A DNA stretch of 64,000 nt from positions 124,001 through 188,000 of the forward strand of contig LSRY02000012.1 in the NCBI GenBank assembly GCA_001643675.2, read 5' to 3'. The DNA is from Monocercomonoides exilis PA203. Its lineage: Eukaryota; Protista; Preaxostyla. The notes below the pieces were generated by a model. The model was not told the DNA's origin, ran no database searches, and was given only the letters and a program-made list of their open reading frames with translations. This document shows, piece by piece, positions 39,901 to 53,134 of this stretch; within the stretch, counting starts at the first letter, position 1; each line of letters starts with the position of its first letter. A program made the position numbers and the translations under genes.

Positions 39901-40981
39901 GCTCGCCTCGTTTGCAAAGACGATGATTCTACTGGCAGCCAAAGTGGAGGAAGAGTTCGGAATGATTAGCCGAGCAATGGCGCTGTATCGAAAGGGATGT
40001 GTGATGATGAAGTCTCTCTGCTACTTGGCACAGACAGCAAGGAAAGAGAGAGGAGGAAAAGGACTCGGAAAGACGAAAGTGCGCTCAGCTACATCGAAGT
40101 TCGTGTTCTCCTCCTCATCTTCTATCACACCAACTGTGAATGGAGGAGACGACGAAGACGAAGACGATGGTGAGTGCGGAGCAAGTGATGTGTTGGAGAT
40201 GTATCGGATTTTCATCTCGCGTCTTGCTTTCTTCTTTGGCGTGACGAAAACACGCTCTTTGTTTGAAGAAGGTATCAACGCGATTCTCTCACTTCCCAAT
40301 CCACCCACATCCACTTCAGTCTTTCTGCTTCTTTCTTCCTCCAACAACCCTTCAGCATCTGTCGCCTTATCAACAATCGAATCCTCAAAAGTGCTGGCGT
40401 CAGTCACAAACCCATCCTCTCGCAAGGCTCTTCCATCTGTATGCGCTGTCTCGCTTGCTCTGCAATACGTCAAAATGGAGCAGCAGCTCGGTGAAATCGA
40501 CAGAGCACGTGCCATTTTCCTGTCGACAGCACCTGCTGCTTCGCCTGTTCCGCTGTTTGACACACTCTTTTGGTCACCGTGGAGTGAGTTCGAGATGAAC
40601 TTCGGTAACAAAGACACATTCAGAGAGCTGGCGCGTGTGAAGAGAACAGTCAGCGCTGCACACACAAAGACAAATTATGTCTCATCTTCACTTCTAATGG
40701 CACGTGGTGTGAGTGTTGTGGAAGCAGGAAACGATGCATTAAGAGTGGCAGAGCGCATCGAAGACGAAGAAAGGAGGCGGAGAGAGAGGAAGAGAAGAGA
40801 CGATGGAAGAGCACCTCGAAAGGAAAACAAGCCAAAACAGGAAGTAGCAAGCGAGCCTTCTCAAGCATCTGCAAGCATTGCGCAGCTGAGGATGAAGGCA
40901 GGGAGCACGTCTTTTGTTGCAGAGTCATCTTCTGTAACCAAAAAGACGGATGGATCAAACGAAGAAGAAATTGAACTTTAG
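36908..40981 (+). CDS. SYF1: Pre-mRNA splicing factor SYF1/XAB2 (HAT repeats); exons 36908-37192, 37243-37443, 37497-39134, 39239-40981
   Basis: YERVLTCLPGSYKVW; KMPRLWIEYLQFLMNQKQITLTRRTFDQALQALPITQH; GRLWVALA; RPLLLSAVHLRQNKHNVAEW; AVTTVDP.KAVG; TPQIAINLATYLEE; LGEIDRARAI; GNKDTFRELARVKRTV. Confidence 0.95.
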
Positions 40982-41257
40982 AAAGTGAAATTACAACATC
41001 AAGAATTATTATATTTTGTTTTTTATTTTTTTAAGTTTAAAAATTCAAATAAAACATGCTAAAAAAAAAAAAGCATAACTTGTTAGCTATGAATCAATGG
41101 TCATTTTGGAACAAAAAGCAAATTGCAAAGAAGTACAGTTCAAAAATAAACACAAAATATTCAAAATTTAAAAAAATAATATGAGATATCAAATAAAAGA
41201 TAAACAATCCACAACAAAGGTTAACGAATGAATGTATACTTCAAACAAAAATATATC

Positions 41258-44200
41258 CTATTCATCAATGAAAGTTAACTCCCATCCAAACAATGTTGAG
41301 TCTGCGCCCAGCGCATAAACATAAAACGTATTCACAAAAGTACCATTTTCCTCATTCAGAGCATTGCCATTCATTTCGCCACCCGCAAAAGAGCTGAATG
41401 ACATGCTTCCAAATGCATCCAACGGCTCTTCAGAGGCAGATGCCGCACAGTTCAAAGAAGGATACCAATAAGTCACGCCCACCAGTGGAATGTATGTGCA
41501 CTTTGTGTGTATTTCGAAGTCATTTTCATTGCGCGTGTGATTTCTTTGCGATGGCTGGAGTTTCGTTTTTCTGAGCAAAGTTGACGGTGAAATGGCATGC
41601 AGCATCGTTATTGGAGACAGAAAATAGCGGTATTGCGAGTCATCTGATTCAGAACACGAATCTGAAGAATCCTCAGCACCAGCTGTCAAAGATCGTTTTC
41701 CACATTTATTCATTCTTCGAGTGGAATAAGAGAAATCTTGAGAAGGAGGCTTCTGGAAAAGTGCAGGGAATCCATCGTCCATTTCTTCATCTTCCTCCTC
41801 CTCATCTTCTTCCTTAGAACTAAAAATATTTCTGCTCGCATTCTTCTTCTTCCTCTTCTTCTTCACAATTCTTCTTTTCCTCGAACCACCACTCACCTCC
41901 ATTCTCTTCCGTCTCTTCACAACTTCGCAGACGTAGATTGTTCCATCCATCTGGTTAGCAGCAAGAACAAGAGACAAAGGCGCAACCACCTCAACCAGCG
42001 ACAGCCGATCGATCGTTGTCTCAAAATCGGACGAATGTGGCACTTGCCGAATCATACGCTCAATTGAGCTGTGAATCTTCAGTGTGAACGGATCGATTAA
42101 ATACAGAGATTCTTTGGATGCCACAATAACCAAATAGTCTTTCAACCCACTTCCTTTGCCTTTTGTGCTCTGCTTGCGCAGTTGATGTGCAAACGAATTC
42201 ATAAATGCGCTTTCTCCTTTAGACAAATCCCTTTTATCAGAAAGAGCAGCAACAGATGTCTTCTCAGCAGATACATTTGGATGAGCCATGAGAGTGAAAG
42301 AATGATTTGGAGGATTCAGTTCAGGATATGTGGAGGAACTGTTCAAAGAAGTACTAAGGTTAATGTTTTTAATGATTTTCCTTTTATATTCATCAGAATC
42401 AAGTGAAAACAATGGATCGCTCTTTAAGAGATCATCAAATGTTTCATGCTGGTGAAGAGTTGGAGAAGGCGGGGCTTCTGCTAAAATGTCCTTTGCTATT
42501 TCCCTCAGGTCAGCATCAGGAGTGAGCTTTGTTTTGGAGCTGCAAAATTGCGTGTAAAATGGTGACAAGTTTTCAACTTTAGCTGTGCCTCTCGTATCAG
42601 AAACGTTATCCAACGGAGCATTTGAGCATTGCGCTCCAGGAATTGACTGTTGATCCGCAGAGTTTTCTTTTTCGGAATGAATCAGATTAAGATTAGTTCT
42701 GCTTTTTTGATAAAAAGATGATAGACGAGGAAATTTGTACTCTCTCTTTTTCTCTGAGATGCTCTGCAACAATGATGCTTCAGGTGAAATTGCAAAGGTC
42801 AAAGGAGATCGAGCAAAAGGATTTGTGAACGATGTTGCTACCAATTGCGGAGAAGAATAGAAACATGATTTCAGAATTAGCAGCATCTGATCAAATGTCA
42901 GTTTGGAATTGAAAGAGGAGCGAGGCAAAGGCTTCTGAGAAAGATGTCTCTTTTCTTTTTTAGGAGAACTTTCCACAGGCGTAAGCGTTTCAGAAAAGTC
43001 TTCTGAGAATTGCTTGATGATTGCCTGCCTCTTCTCCTCAAGCCTTTGAGATTTGCTAAACTGAGAAGATTTAAGGGATTCATCAGAAGTTTTTGAATCA
43101 CCCGGAAATAGTAATGAATTATTTTTGTTATGACTCGGCTGAGATTGCTGAAGGCATTCAAGAAAACTGTTGTCGGACTTTTCTTCCTGTGAGAAGTTTT
43201 CACCACAAATCTGCTTGTTTAATGGATAAGGAGAGAGACTGAGATTATTCTCTTCAAGCGAATTCTGGTTGCCGTTGCTGCTGGTGTTGTTATTGTTACT
43301 GGCAGATGTTCTCTCTGTTTGAGAAGATGAATCATAATTGAATGGAAATTCGCTTCTTTGCTTTTCAGATTGCTGATTGTTTGAGTATTCAGAGTCTTCT
43401 TCCTCTTCCTCTTCTTCTTCTTCCTCCTCTTCTTCATCCTCCTCCTCTTCCTCCTCTTCTTCAACTTTCTTCATATTCTGTTTTTCCAGAAGCCGTTTCT
43501 GTTTAAGAAGTCTGTCTGGCCAGAGAATTGCTGTTTCATCCTCACTGTTTGCAGAGTGGTCAATAATAAGCGATTCAAGTGAAGATGCAGAAGAAATGAA
43601 AGACGAATCAGAATCATCCTGAAGCAACAGCTGAGCCTCAGATCTTTCACCTCCTTCGCTGTTGTCAACCAATCCCCTTCGAATTGGATCAGTCGATTGA
43701 GTGCTTGGCTGAGTAGGAGCTGTTCCATCAGGATGCCCTTGAACACTCGATGTTTTTGGTGGCGATGGAGGCACAAGACACGAATGGCTGGTCAGTTCAC
43801 TTGAGATAAACGAATCATTCATAGAAAAATCACCAGCGATTGTTTGGCTTGAAGACGTTGGTGAATAACTTGAGATCGGCAAGTGAGTCTGGCTGAGTGA
43901 GGCTGAGGACACAGAATGCAGAGGAGTTACAGACTGGCTGTTCTGCTGCTGATTCTTACTTTGCTGCAGAAAGCTGCCAGTTTCAGACGAAGAAAGCGTT
44001 TCCAAAGAAGAATCGAGATACGAAAGAGAAGAATTGTTCAGGGAAGAGTTTCGCGATGAGAAAGTCCGTGAAAAACTGTGTGTATTTCTGTTGTACTTCC
44101 GACGAGGAATTCCATCAACAGGACGATTTTGTTCCAATATGTTATGACTTAATAAGGTCTGCCTGCTTTCAGCTGCATCTGATGAATTACCAATATCTGA

Positions 44201-47200
44201 CATTACGGACATCTGAGGAGAGGGCATCAAACGAGGCAGCTGAAGATATGTTTGGAAAACAGAAGAATCAGACATTCTCGAAAGAAGAAGGGGATGCAGC
44301 CGAACAGGTGCTTCAGCAGTGCTGCTGTTGGCATCTGAAACAGATTGCATGTCCGCAGCAGAATCAACTGCACTTTCGTTTAGCAAACTATGGTTGCTGT
44401 TTGCATTCTCGTTTTGAGCTTGTTTGTCGCTTTCTTTTGCCGATCCGTCCTGCAAATGTTCATCGCCTGGTTGAGTGTGCTGCGGGAGTGCTGGAACAGA
44501 AGAAGAGGCATTTGAATCCAAACTCTCCTGCAACTGTTGCCTCATACGCATCCTTTCCGCATTTTCTCGTCTGAATTCAACATCGCTAGCCCTTTTGACA
44601 GCGTTCTCTTTCATGCTCTGAAGCTCGACTCGAGTGAAAGGCAAAGCATACTCTGATTCCAATGAACTGTCATCCAAATCAGAATCTGATGAAACCTCTT
44701 CCTGTTGAACAGATTCCGTACCTTTGTTGGTTAACTCATCGCCTTTATTGCTTGTGTCGCTTTCACTTTGCTTTTCTTTTTTCTGTTCCAAAAGACTTTT
44801 TTCTTCGTCATGTTCACTATTTTCATTCCCGCTGGCAGTGTCAACGGCTAAAGGAATCAGAGGGATAACATCCTTGCTCGTGTTGTCTTTGGTGGATAGC
44901 TCTGATGGATTATCATCATTGCTTTGCCCAACAGCCTCCGATATGCTGCTTTCTGCCAACAAAGACAGCTCCTCTTTTGCATTTTCATTCCTCTCATTCC
45001 TCTCATTATTCTCATTATTCTTTTCGCTCTTATCACGTTCACAGCCTTCAAGGCTGCTTGTTTTGGAGGTTTTAATTTCAGAATTCTTTCCTTCTGCTTT
45101 CTTTGAAGAGTCAGAACGAAGAATCTGCTGCTCACTTTCATCGCTAAGCTCCAATCTGTCTTCTTCAGCTTCATCCAAAGAAGAATGTTTCTCATCTTCC
45201 TCCATCCGCTTTGTCTCGTCTTCATCGTCGTTTTTGTCAGCTCCTTCTGCTTCTCTGCTGAAATGCGATGGATCACTCTTCGGACTGGTATTATCCTGCT
45301 GCTGTTCGTCAGACAGATTAGAATTCTCCACACGATCCACACTCGTCACATTCTTCTCTTCTGCTCTTTCTTCGTCTTTCATTTCTTTCTCTTTTTTTTC
45401 GCTTTCTTGCAGCTCATTTTCAAGAGAAAGCCGCAAAGACCTGAACAGATTTTTAAATAGCCCTGAAGTCACAGGGAAAGACAGCGCCGGACAGCTACCT
45501 GAACCAACACGTTGTGTTTTTATTTCTAACGCATCGTCCTCTGCTCGATGCAGATCGATCGGCTCTTCAGATCGAAGTGTCGGGGTTTCTAAAGAAGGGT
45601 TATTCGTGAACGAAGAATCTTTAGAGGCTGTTCTTTCAAAGCTTGGCGAAGTAACAGTTATTCCGGAAGGAGAGTAAAACGGGCGAATTGAATCATCGTC
45701 TGAAAGTGAAATAACAGGGGAATTAGATAAAGGCGATTCTTGAGATTGAAGTGGTGATGATCGAGATGAAGACTGAGAAGAAGAAGAAGAAGAAGAAGAA
45801 GAAGAAGAAGAAGAAGAAGAAGAAGAAGAATTATGTACAGACGCTAATCTGTTTATGGTTAGGAGTGTATTCGCACTTTCTCTTTCTCTTTCTTCTTTTC
45901 TTTCTTCTTTTCTTTCTTCTTCTCTTTCTCTTTCTATGTCTCTTTCCCTTTCCTCTTCAAATCCATCGTTTGGCACCATAATTGGTGAAAATGAAAAAAC
46001 ATCGGATGAAGACTCTTCACCCGGCTGGTGAAAGAACGGTTGAAATGGCAGTGAGCTATCAGACTCAAGTCGCAAACTTGACTGATAAAGCGGTCCGTGT
46101 GCGAGAGGCAAGAGAGGACTGTTAATCTCCAATTGAGAACTGCTGTCTCTTCTTTCTGCTCTCTGAGAGTTGTCATGCCCTGTCGTTGCACTTTCGCTCG
46201 CCTGTCTGCCTGAAAGACCCTCACTTGCACTCTGCTCTGACGGTGGAGAAGAAACAGCAAGGGAATGCCATCCGCTGCCTTGGGTGTTTCTGTCGGTCAC
46301 ACCATCTCTTTGCGCTCTTCCAGTTTCAACGAGACTGATTGGCGTTCTTCGAGAAGGTGTTTGGAGCAACAGGAGATGGCTGGCGCCTCTATTCGCTTCT
46401 GCCTCTTCATTCGCGATGAAGTCGTCGACTGCCTCGTCAACTGAGATCAGCCGAACAGACGGCGAAAACTGCGCCCGCTGCTCTTCTGTCAGGCTGCCGA
46501 GGCTGTCGTAGACTTGAGTCCTGATCAGCTGCTGTCCGCTCCTTTCATCATCAAGACTAGCAGTAGCAGTAGCAGTAGCAGTAGCAGGAGGAGGAGGAGG
46601 AGGAGGAGGAGAAAAAGGAGGAGGAGAAAGAGGAGGAGGAGGAGGAGATGAAGGAGAAGGAATAGGAAGGCGAGAACGATAAGAAGGAATAAAACAAAAA
46701 GAAGCTACAGACAAAAGAGAAGAAATAAAAGGATGAGAAGGAGGAGAAGAAGGAGAAGAAGGAGGAGGAGAAGAAGGAGAAGGAGGAGAAAGATGAGGAG
46801 GATGAGGAGGAGAAAGAGAAGAAGAAGAAGAAGAAGAAGAAGGAGATGAAGGAGAAGGAGAAGGAGATGAAGGAGAAGGAAGAGGAAGGCGAGAACGACA
46901 AGAAGGAATAAAAGGGGGGGAAGCTACAGACAAAAGAGAAAAAAGAGAAGGATGAGAAAAATGAGAAGTAGGAGAAGGAGGAGAAGGAGGAGAAGGAGGA
47001 GAAAGATGAGAAGGAGGAGGAGGAGGAGGAGAAGTGGGAGAAGGAGGAGAAGGAGGAGAAGGAGGAGGATGAGGAGGAGGATGAGGAGGAGGAAGAGAAG
47101 GAGGAGGAGGAGATGTGATATGCAGAGGAGGCGTCGAAAATTCAGAGATTGTGTTTTCGAATGTACCAAGCAGCTCCTCATTCTCATGAACAAGCCGCTC

Positions 47201-49781
47201 GAATGCTGTACGTTGATTCAGTTCTTCGCTTGACGGATTTTCAGTGTTTTCGCTCAGGTGAGAAAGAAAGCCTCTCGCAAACAGCTCGCTCAAAGAATGA
47301 TGTTCATGTGCTCCTCTTGTGCTGTTTATCAGCCCTTCGCTTCCTCTGGCACCTCCTTCAGCTCCATGCGCATGATCTGAAAGAGTGTCAGATGAAATAT
47401 GCTCGTTGCCTTCGTGAAAGAACGGATCGTTCCGTTCATTCAACTCGGGCTGCAGAGATGTTTGTTGAATCTGTTGCCGACGCAAGCTATCAACAGTTGT
47501 GCCATTAACCTCAGGAAACAACTCAGCAGGTTCGTATGACAATGAAGGTGAGGGCAATATTCGTGGAGTTGCAACGAATGAAGGATCGGAAAATCGTACT
47601 CTGATCGAAGGATCTGCATTTCTTTGGATATTTGGGCGATTAATTTCACGATCAAATGTTGCATCCAATGATCCCCTTCTGCCAAATAAAGGAGAAGCAG
47701 GTTGTCGTTGATCGTGTTGCTGAGTGCCTTGGCTATTGGCAGTATCCCTTTCAAAAGACGCAGAAAAGCTCGATGCTCGTCGATTGCGCAGGAGTAGCAG
47801 TGGAGACTCAACTCTCCGCCGACCGTCGTCTGGCCGTCTGACAATCGGCCTATTTGCAGTCCGGCTGTTTTCACGAAGAACATGTGAGGGAGTAAAGGGT
47901 AGAGGAGCAACGCTTCTATAGTTTCTGTCGTTTTCAAAGGTGAGCTGTTCGGGTGTAGTTTGTCGTAAATGGTGAACACTTTGAGGTGAAGTTGGTTCCG
48001 GATGCTCAATAAACGAAGGGTGTGGAAGAGGAGAAAAGGACAAAAAGTGCGAAGGAGGCGAATCAGGAGGCAGCATGTGCGGAACAGAATACCGGAACAG
48101 CATGTTCGGTGGACGAATCATTGGAAAAGCGGGCACAAACGGACCGAAGGTGCTATTCATGAATCTGTTGTTATTGCTACCGAAAGCAAAGGGTCTTGGA
48201 GTAGCTAATGAAGGAACGAGAAATGGATTCTCGTTGAGCATTCTGAACCCAGAAAAATGGTGAAACGGGGGCGAACTGAACATGCTCGGCAATAACCTGA
48301 TCGGATTCCACAGTTTGCTTGTCAAGTTTTGCTCTTCGCGAAGCAGAAGCAGCGGTTGAAGGGTGTCTTTGAACCTTTTGGAAAGCAAAGCCTTTGTCTG
48401 CTTTTGGATTGTATCCAGACTGATTCGACGATGATTTGATGGTTTTAACCTTCCATCATTGCTCTCATCATCATCGTCGTCGTCGTCGTTGTCGTCTTCA
48501 CCATTGCCATCTCTTTCTCCAGAACTACTATCAAAATCTTCATTTTCACTTCCTTCTCCATATTTGTCTTCTAATTTAAGTTCTTTTCCTTCTTTTCCTT
48601 CTTTGCCATCTTCCTCTTCATCGCAGCTTTTATCCCCATCAAACTCCTCAGCAGAAACACATCCCTTCCATTCTCTCACGTTTCTTTTGCTGACAAAACG
48701 AACAGACCATATCCAAAACACATCAGGCGCAGGATTTCTGCTAATGCGGTTACTGGGTTCGCCATCGCTATCACTGTCATCATCAGACGTTATCTCATAA
48801 ATGCTGTCTGTATTTTCATTGGAGGAGTCACTTGAGGAAAGCTGACTGAGAGAAGAAAACAAGTGAGGAAGAAACGTTCTTGTTTTATGGCGCTTCAGAG
48901 GAGGCAATCCGTACATCCTGTGAAGTCTCAAGCGCTTTGATGCACGATGAAGTGGATTGTCAAAAAACGAGAGGAGGCGAATGGTCGACCTCAAAACAGG
49001 CGGAAGAGGCGGCGAATCGAGCGGAATCGGATAGCAAAAAGAGGACTTTTCTGCGGCTCGTGGCAGAATCCGCTTCGGATTGCTTGGAGCAGACGAATGG
49101 CTGCTTGGATGCTCCAACATTGAGTCAGAAAGCACTTCAATGAAACGAGTGAGAGCGGGTGATGCTTGCGGAGGCTGCGGATGAGGCGGAGAAAGATTAG
49201 CCGTTCTGCTGGCGGTTTTTTTGCTCTCCAAATGAGGCAGCGAAATGATATGCGCATGTTTTTGATTGGACAATCTCTTTTTGTTTCTGTAAGAATGAGT
49301 GCAAAGAATCTCATTTTTCATTTGATTTTTGCGGAAACAGTTTAAAATGAACTTCCCAAATGGTGCAGAACTAAACACAGACGAAACTGAAGTGAAGGCA
49401 GGAGAAAAAGTGAGGCGAGGAATGAAAATGGATGGAGTGAATTTTGCGAGTGACGTGTTGAAAGCATAGTTTGGCAGAGGACATCCAGCAAGCCCCAATA
49501 AAGGCTTTAAAGAGGCATCACTTTGATTAGCATTGTGCGGATGATACGAGTCATCAGAATCAAAAATGAAATTTGAAACCACAAAAGAACTAGAACTTCT
49601 GATGCTCGACTGAGACGGATGATCCGATGAGAGATAAGCCAGCGTTCGGTCATCAGAGTCGCTGCTGTCGTTATCACTTAGAAAGCGACCTGGTGGAAAT
49701 ACAGGTGAATGTGGGTGGAAGAAGTGCATATGAGGCGAAGGGAATGAAACATCACCACTACTACTGCGACTACTACTGCGA

Positions 49782-49817
<36 letters not shown>

Positions 49818-52800
49818 AAGCTGAAGCTGTCAGAAAGCATGTCATCTTGCGAGATGGAAGGACTGCTCAGCAGCAAAGCACAGGTGTCGTCTTCGTCTGG
49901 ATGTGTGCCACTGGCTGTGGAGTCTCCAATGTCAGAGTTCGTGTTGAGCAGCCCAATTTGGTTGCTGCTTGCATCAGATGCAGACGGGCCTTGCAGTGCG
50001 ACAGGAGCGGTGTGCGAAAAGGACGAAGCCAGCGAATTGTCAGATGGGGCTTGAAAAGGGTGAATAAGAGGATAATTGAAGACGATTGGTAAGGGCACAT
50101 TGAACACTGCACGTGGCAAGGCTTCAGATGCCGGCGGGGAAGGCGCAGAAAAGTCGAGCGGAAGATTGGCATGAGTTCCACCTGTGTTTTCGTTAATGAT
50201 ATCTGGAGGAGAAGGCAAAACCCACTCGTTCTGCGCATTTTGTGTTGGAGGAACAAGAGAAAGCACATTTTGAGTGTTTTGTGTGTTTTGTGCGTTTGCC
50301 TGGATGGGTTGAGACAAAGGGAAATTGACTGGCTGAAGTGCTGGGGCAGCATAAGGCCATGAGCCACTCGAAGGAGGCTGATTGGCTGCATTTTGTGAAA
50401 GAGGCTGAGGATACTGAACATACAACTGCAGCGGAGCTTGTTGGAGAGGAGGTTGCGGAAAAGAAGGAGGTTGCAGAGAAGACGGAGGCTGAGGAAAAGA
50501 TGGAGGATACATATTAAACGAAAGATGCACAGGAGGTGGAAAAGATAGAAGGGGCTGAGGAGGTTGAAAAGATGGAGGAAGAAGAGGAGGCTGAGGAGGC
50601 TGAGGAGGCTGAGGAGGCTGAGGAAGCTGAGGAATGAGAGAAGGCTGAGGAAGGAGAGAAGGCTGAGGAAGGAGAGAAGGCTGAGGAAGGAGAGAAGGCT
50701 GATGATGAAGAGGATGAAGAGGAAGGATAGGAGACTGAGGAGGCAGAGAAGATGGAGGAGGCAGATTGTTCTGGATCAATTGATTTGGATGCTGCATGTC
50801 GAATTGTGGCTGCCCTGGAATCGATGGCATTGATGGCATTGATGGCATTGGTGGAGTGAGGAAGGGATAAGTGAAATTATACGAAGGAAGAACTGGCGTA
50901 GTAATTGAAGAAGAAGCAGGAAAAGCAGAAAAAGGAGAAGGAGAAGAGGCAGAAGCAGAAACGAAAGGATAAGCTGGAGGACTCGGAAACAGAGGATGTC
51001 TTATCACTTCTGAAGCATCAGAATACTGTCCAGTGCTTGGCAGACTCTGATTGTCTTGTCTGTTTGTTTGGGGCGCAGATGAAGTTGCAATCACAGTTGC
51101 AGTTGGAGTGGATGTTTGCTCGTTTGTTTTGGGCCTTCTGCCCAGCAGCGGAGGTTTCGAAACAGAAGAGTGACTGGAAGAGTCTGAGTCACTCGAGACA
51201 GATGCGACACTTCGTTTGATCCTTTTCACTTTCTTCCTTTTTGGCGCTGCCCCGTCCCATCGGTGCAACGTCGAAGGCAGCTTCACTCTTCTCCTTTCTC
51301 TTTCGCATCCATCGTCTGTAGTTTCGCTCTCTTCCGTCTCTTCTGCATCCTTCAAGAAGTCAGCAGAGGATGACGGAAAATGATGGAGCGAGGCACTTTT
51401 GTTTAATGTTTCACATTCTTTTTTGCCATTTTGAGAGTTTTGCTGTTTGCTGTCTTGCTTCTTCTGCTTCTCCACCTGCGCCTTTCTTTTCTTTTTCGAC
51501 TCTCTCGCTTTCTTCAGCCTCCTTTTTTGCCTCTTTTTGTCTTCTTTCTTTGTTCTGACTCTGGACGATCGAAACAGCAAAGCCCTGTCTTCAAATGCCG
51601 CCTGAAGAGTTCTCCTTTCATTTGCACCGTTCTGACTGCCACTCAAACTCTGTTCTTTTTCTGCCTTCTCCTCTGCTCCTCTGCAGACGCTCAGCACATT
51701 CCAGCTCTCAACACTGCCTCCTCCTTCTCTCACAGCCCAAATGCGGAGCGAGCCGTCTGTCGAACCGGAGGCCACAAACAGGCCGCAGGGGCTGATGTCC
51801 AGTGCGGGGATGTTGTGGTAGTGCCCCTTCAGAAGCAGCTGGAAGGGAGAGACATAAAGAGGAAGTTCGTGCGGTGCTGAAGAAAACCTTGAAATGATAG
51901 AGGATTCTGTGTTGAGAGAAAGAGGCTCAAAAGACTTTTCTGACGCTCTTGAAAGTGGGGCTGTCAACTTTGAAGAAGAAGAAGAAGAAGAAGAAGAACA
52001 GGAGGAGGAGGGGGAGGAGGATGAACGCAAAGTTGAAGACTGCTGAAAATGATTGTGTCTGCAACATTCAGCTGATGATGCTATTAAATTGCTTTCAATT
52101 GCTTGCCCAATGACATCGCTGAGATGAAAATGAAAACGTTTATTGGTGAACGGGAACATCAGGCTTTTCATTGGATCCTCTCGAAATGACGAGATGGACT
52201 CGCAATCTGGACAGACTTCTGGCTTTGGCTTTAAATCGAACAAAGAAACTTGATGCGAGTTGGAAGATGTGGCAAAAATAGCGTTTTTTGATGCCAATGA
52301 TGATGCATCTTGAGGCACTGCAATCCCCCAGGCTTGGTCCAACTTTCCTTTTCTATCCATGTGACTTTCATTTGATAAATTTCCAAAAAAAGTTAAAATA
52401 ATACGTTTATTCAAAATAATGATAGCAGACTTCAATAAAATGAGAGAAAAATCAAGGCCATCCTTTTCCTTGTTCTCCGAAAGTTTCATTGGAGGAATTC
52501 TCCAAACGCAAACAGCACCAGAACACTTTGTCGCAATTAAAACGTTCAAGTTGTGGAGAACACCACAGCGAATTTGATTAATATCACTCTAAATCATTAA
52601 AAAAATAAAAATGCTCTATTTTGAAAACAATTTAAGAAATATTCAAACTTGATCAGATGCAATCGAAAGATTTGCAACTGGGATTGAAGAAGCAAGTTTT
52701 CCAATTATTATTTGAAAAACTAAAATTTCATGCTTCACTGCGACAAATAAAAAGCGACCATCAATGGAAACACTTACCAAATTTAATTTCTAATGCAAAT

Positions 52801-52954
52801 GAATAATGAAGCGTGTTAAACTTTCACATTATCACACCCAACTGCATATTTCAGATAACTCTAATTTTGTTGCAAAAAGTTGCTTAACAATAAAGCGTCT
52901 GGTTCCAAAAACGATGGTATTTCCTTTGTTTGTATTAATGTCCATTTTGGACAT
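41258..52954 (-). CDS. CRT10-like WD40 protein with very large low-complexity insertions (~3,800 aa)
   Basis: N-terminal motifs INQIRCG, AWGIAV, IFATSSNSHQVSLF and GHYHNIPALDISPCGLFVASGSTDGSLRIW; isolated WIWSVRFV at ~48700; C-terminal IDRLSLVEVVAPLSLVLAANQ. Their order matches the CRT10 family as I recall it. ATG at 52954 or 52945, with short 5' introns including 52365-52430. Confidence 0.68.
45777..45830 (-). repeat. Perfect (TCT)n coding microsatellite, poly-Ser
   Basis: About 18 GAA units on the plus strand. Confidence 0.95.
46557..47115 (-). repeat. Pro/Ser-coding polypyrimidine tract containing a degenerate internal duplication
   Basis: The plus strand is almost entirely A/G. The unit SHPxxxSLLSVASxxFIPSxRSRLPxPSPSSP occurs twice (~46650-46740 and ~46870-46960). 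Confidence 0.9.
50588..50701 (-). repeat. 9-bp (PPQ)n and 18-bp (PQPSLL)x4 coding minisatellites
   Basis: Tandem copies of ggctgagga and ggagagaaggctgaggaa on the plus strand. Confidence 0.9.
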
Positions 52955-53134
52955 TTAGATAATTTTGAAAAATTGTATCAAATATTTTTTTCTGAAACAA
53001 AAAATAAAATAAGGCTATTTGATCATAAAAACGCAAGTGTTATTCGTTAAACTGATGCTAACAATACAAAAAATATAAAATAAATTTAATTAAACTAAAA
53101 ATATTTAACAACAAATTGGTTAAAAAAGCAGAAT

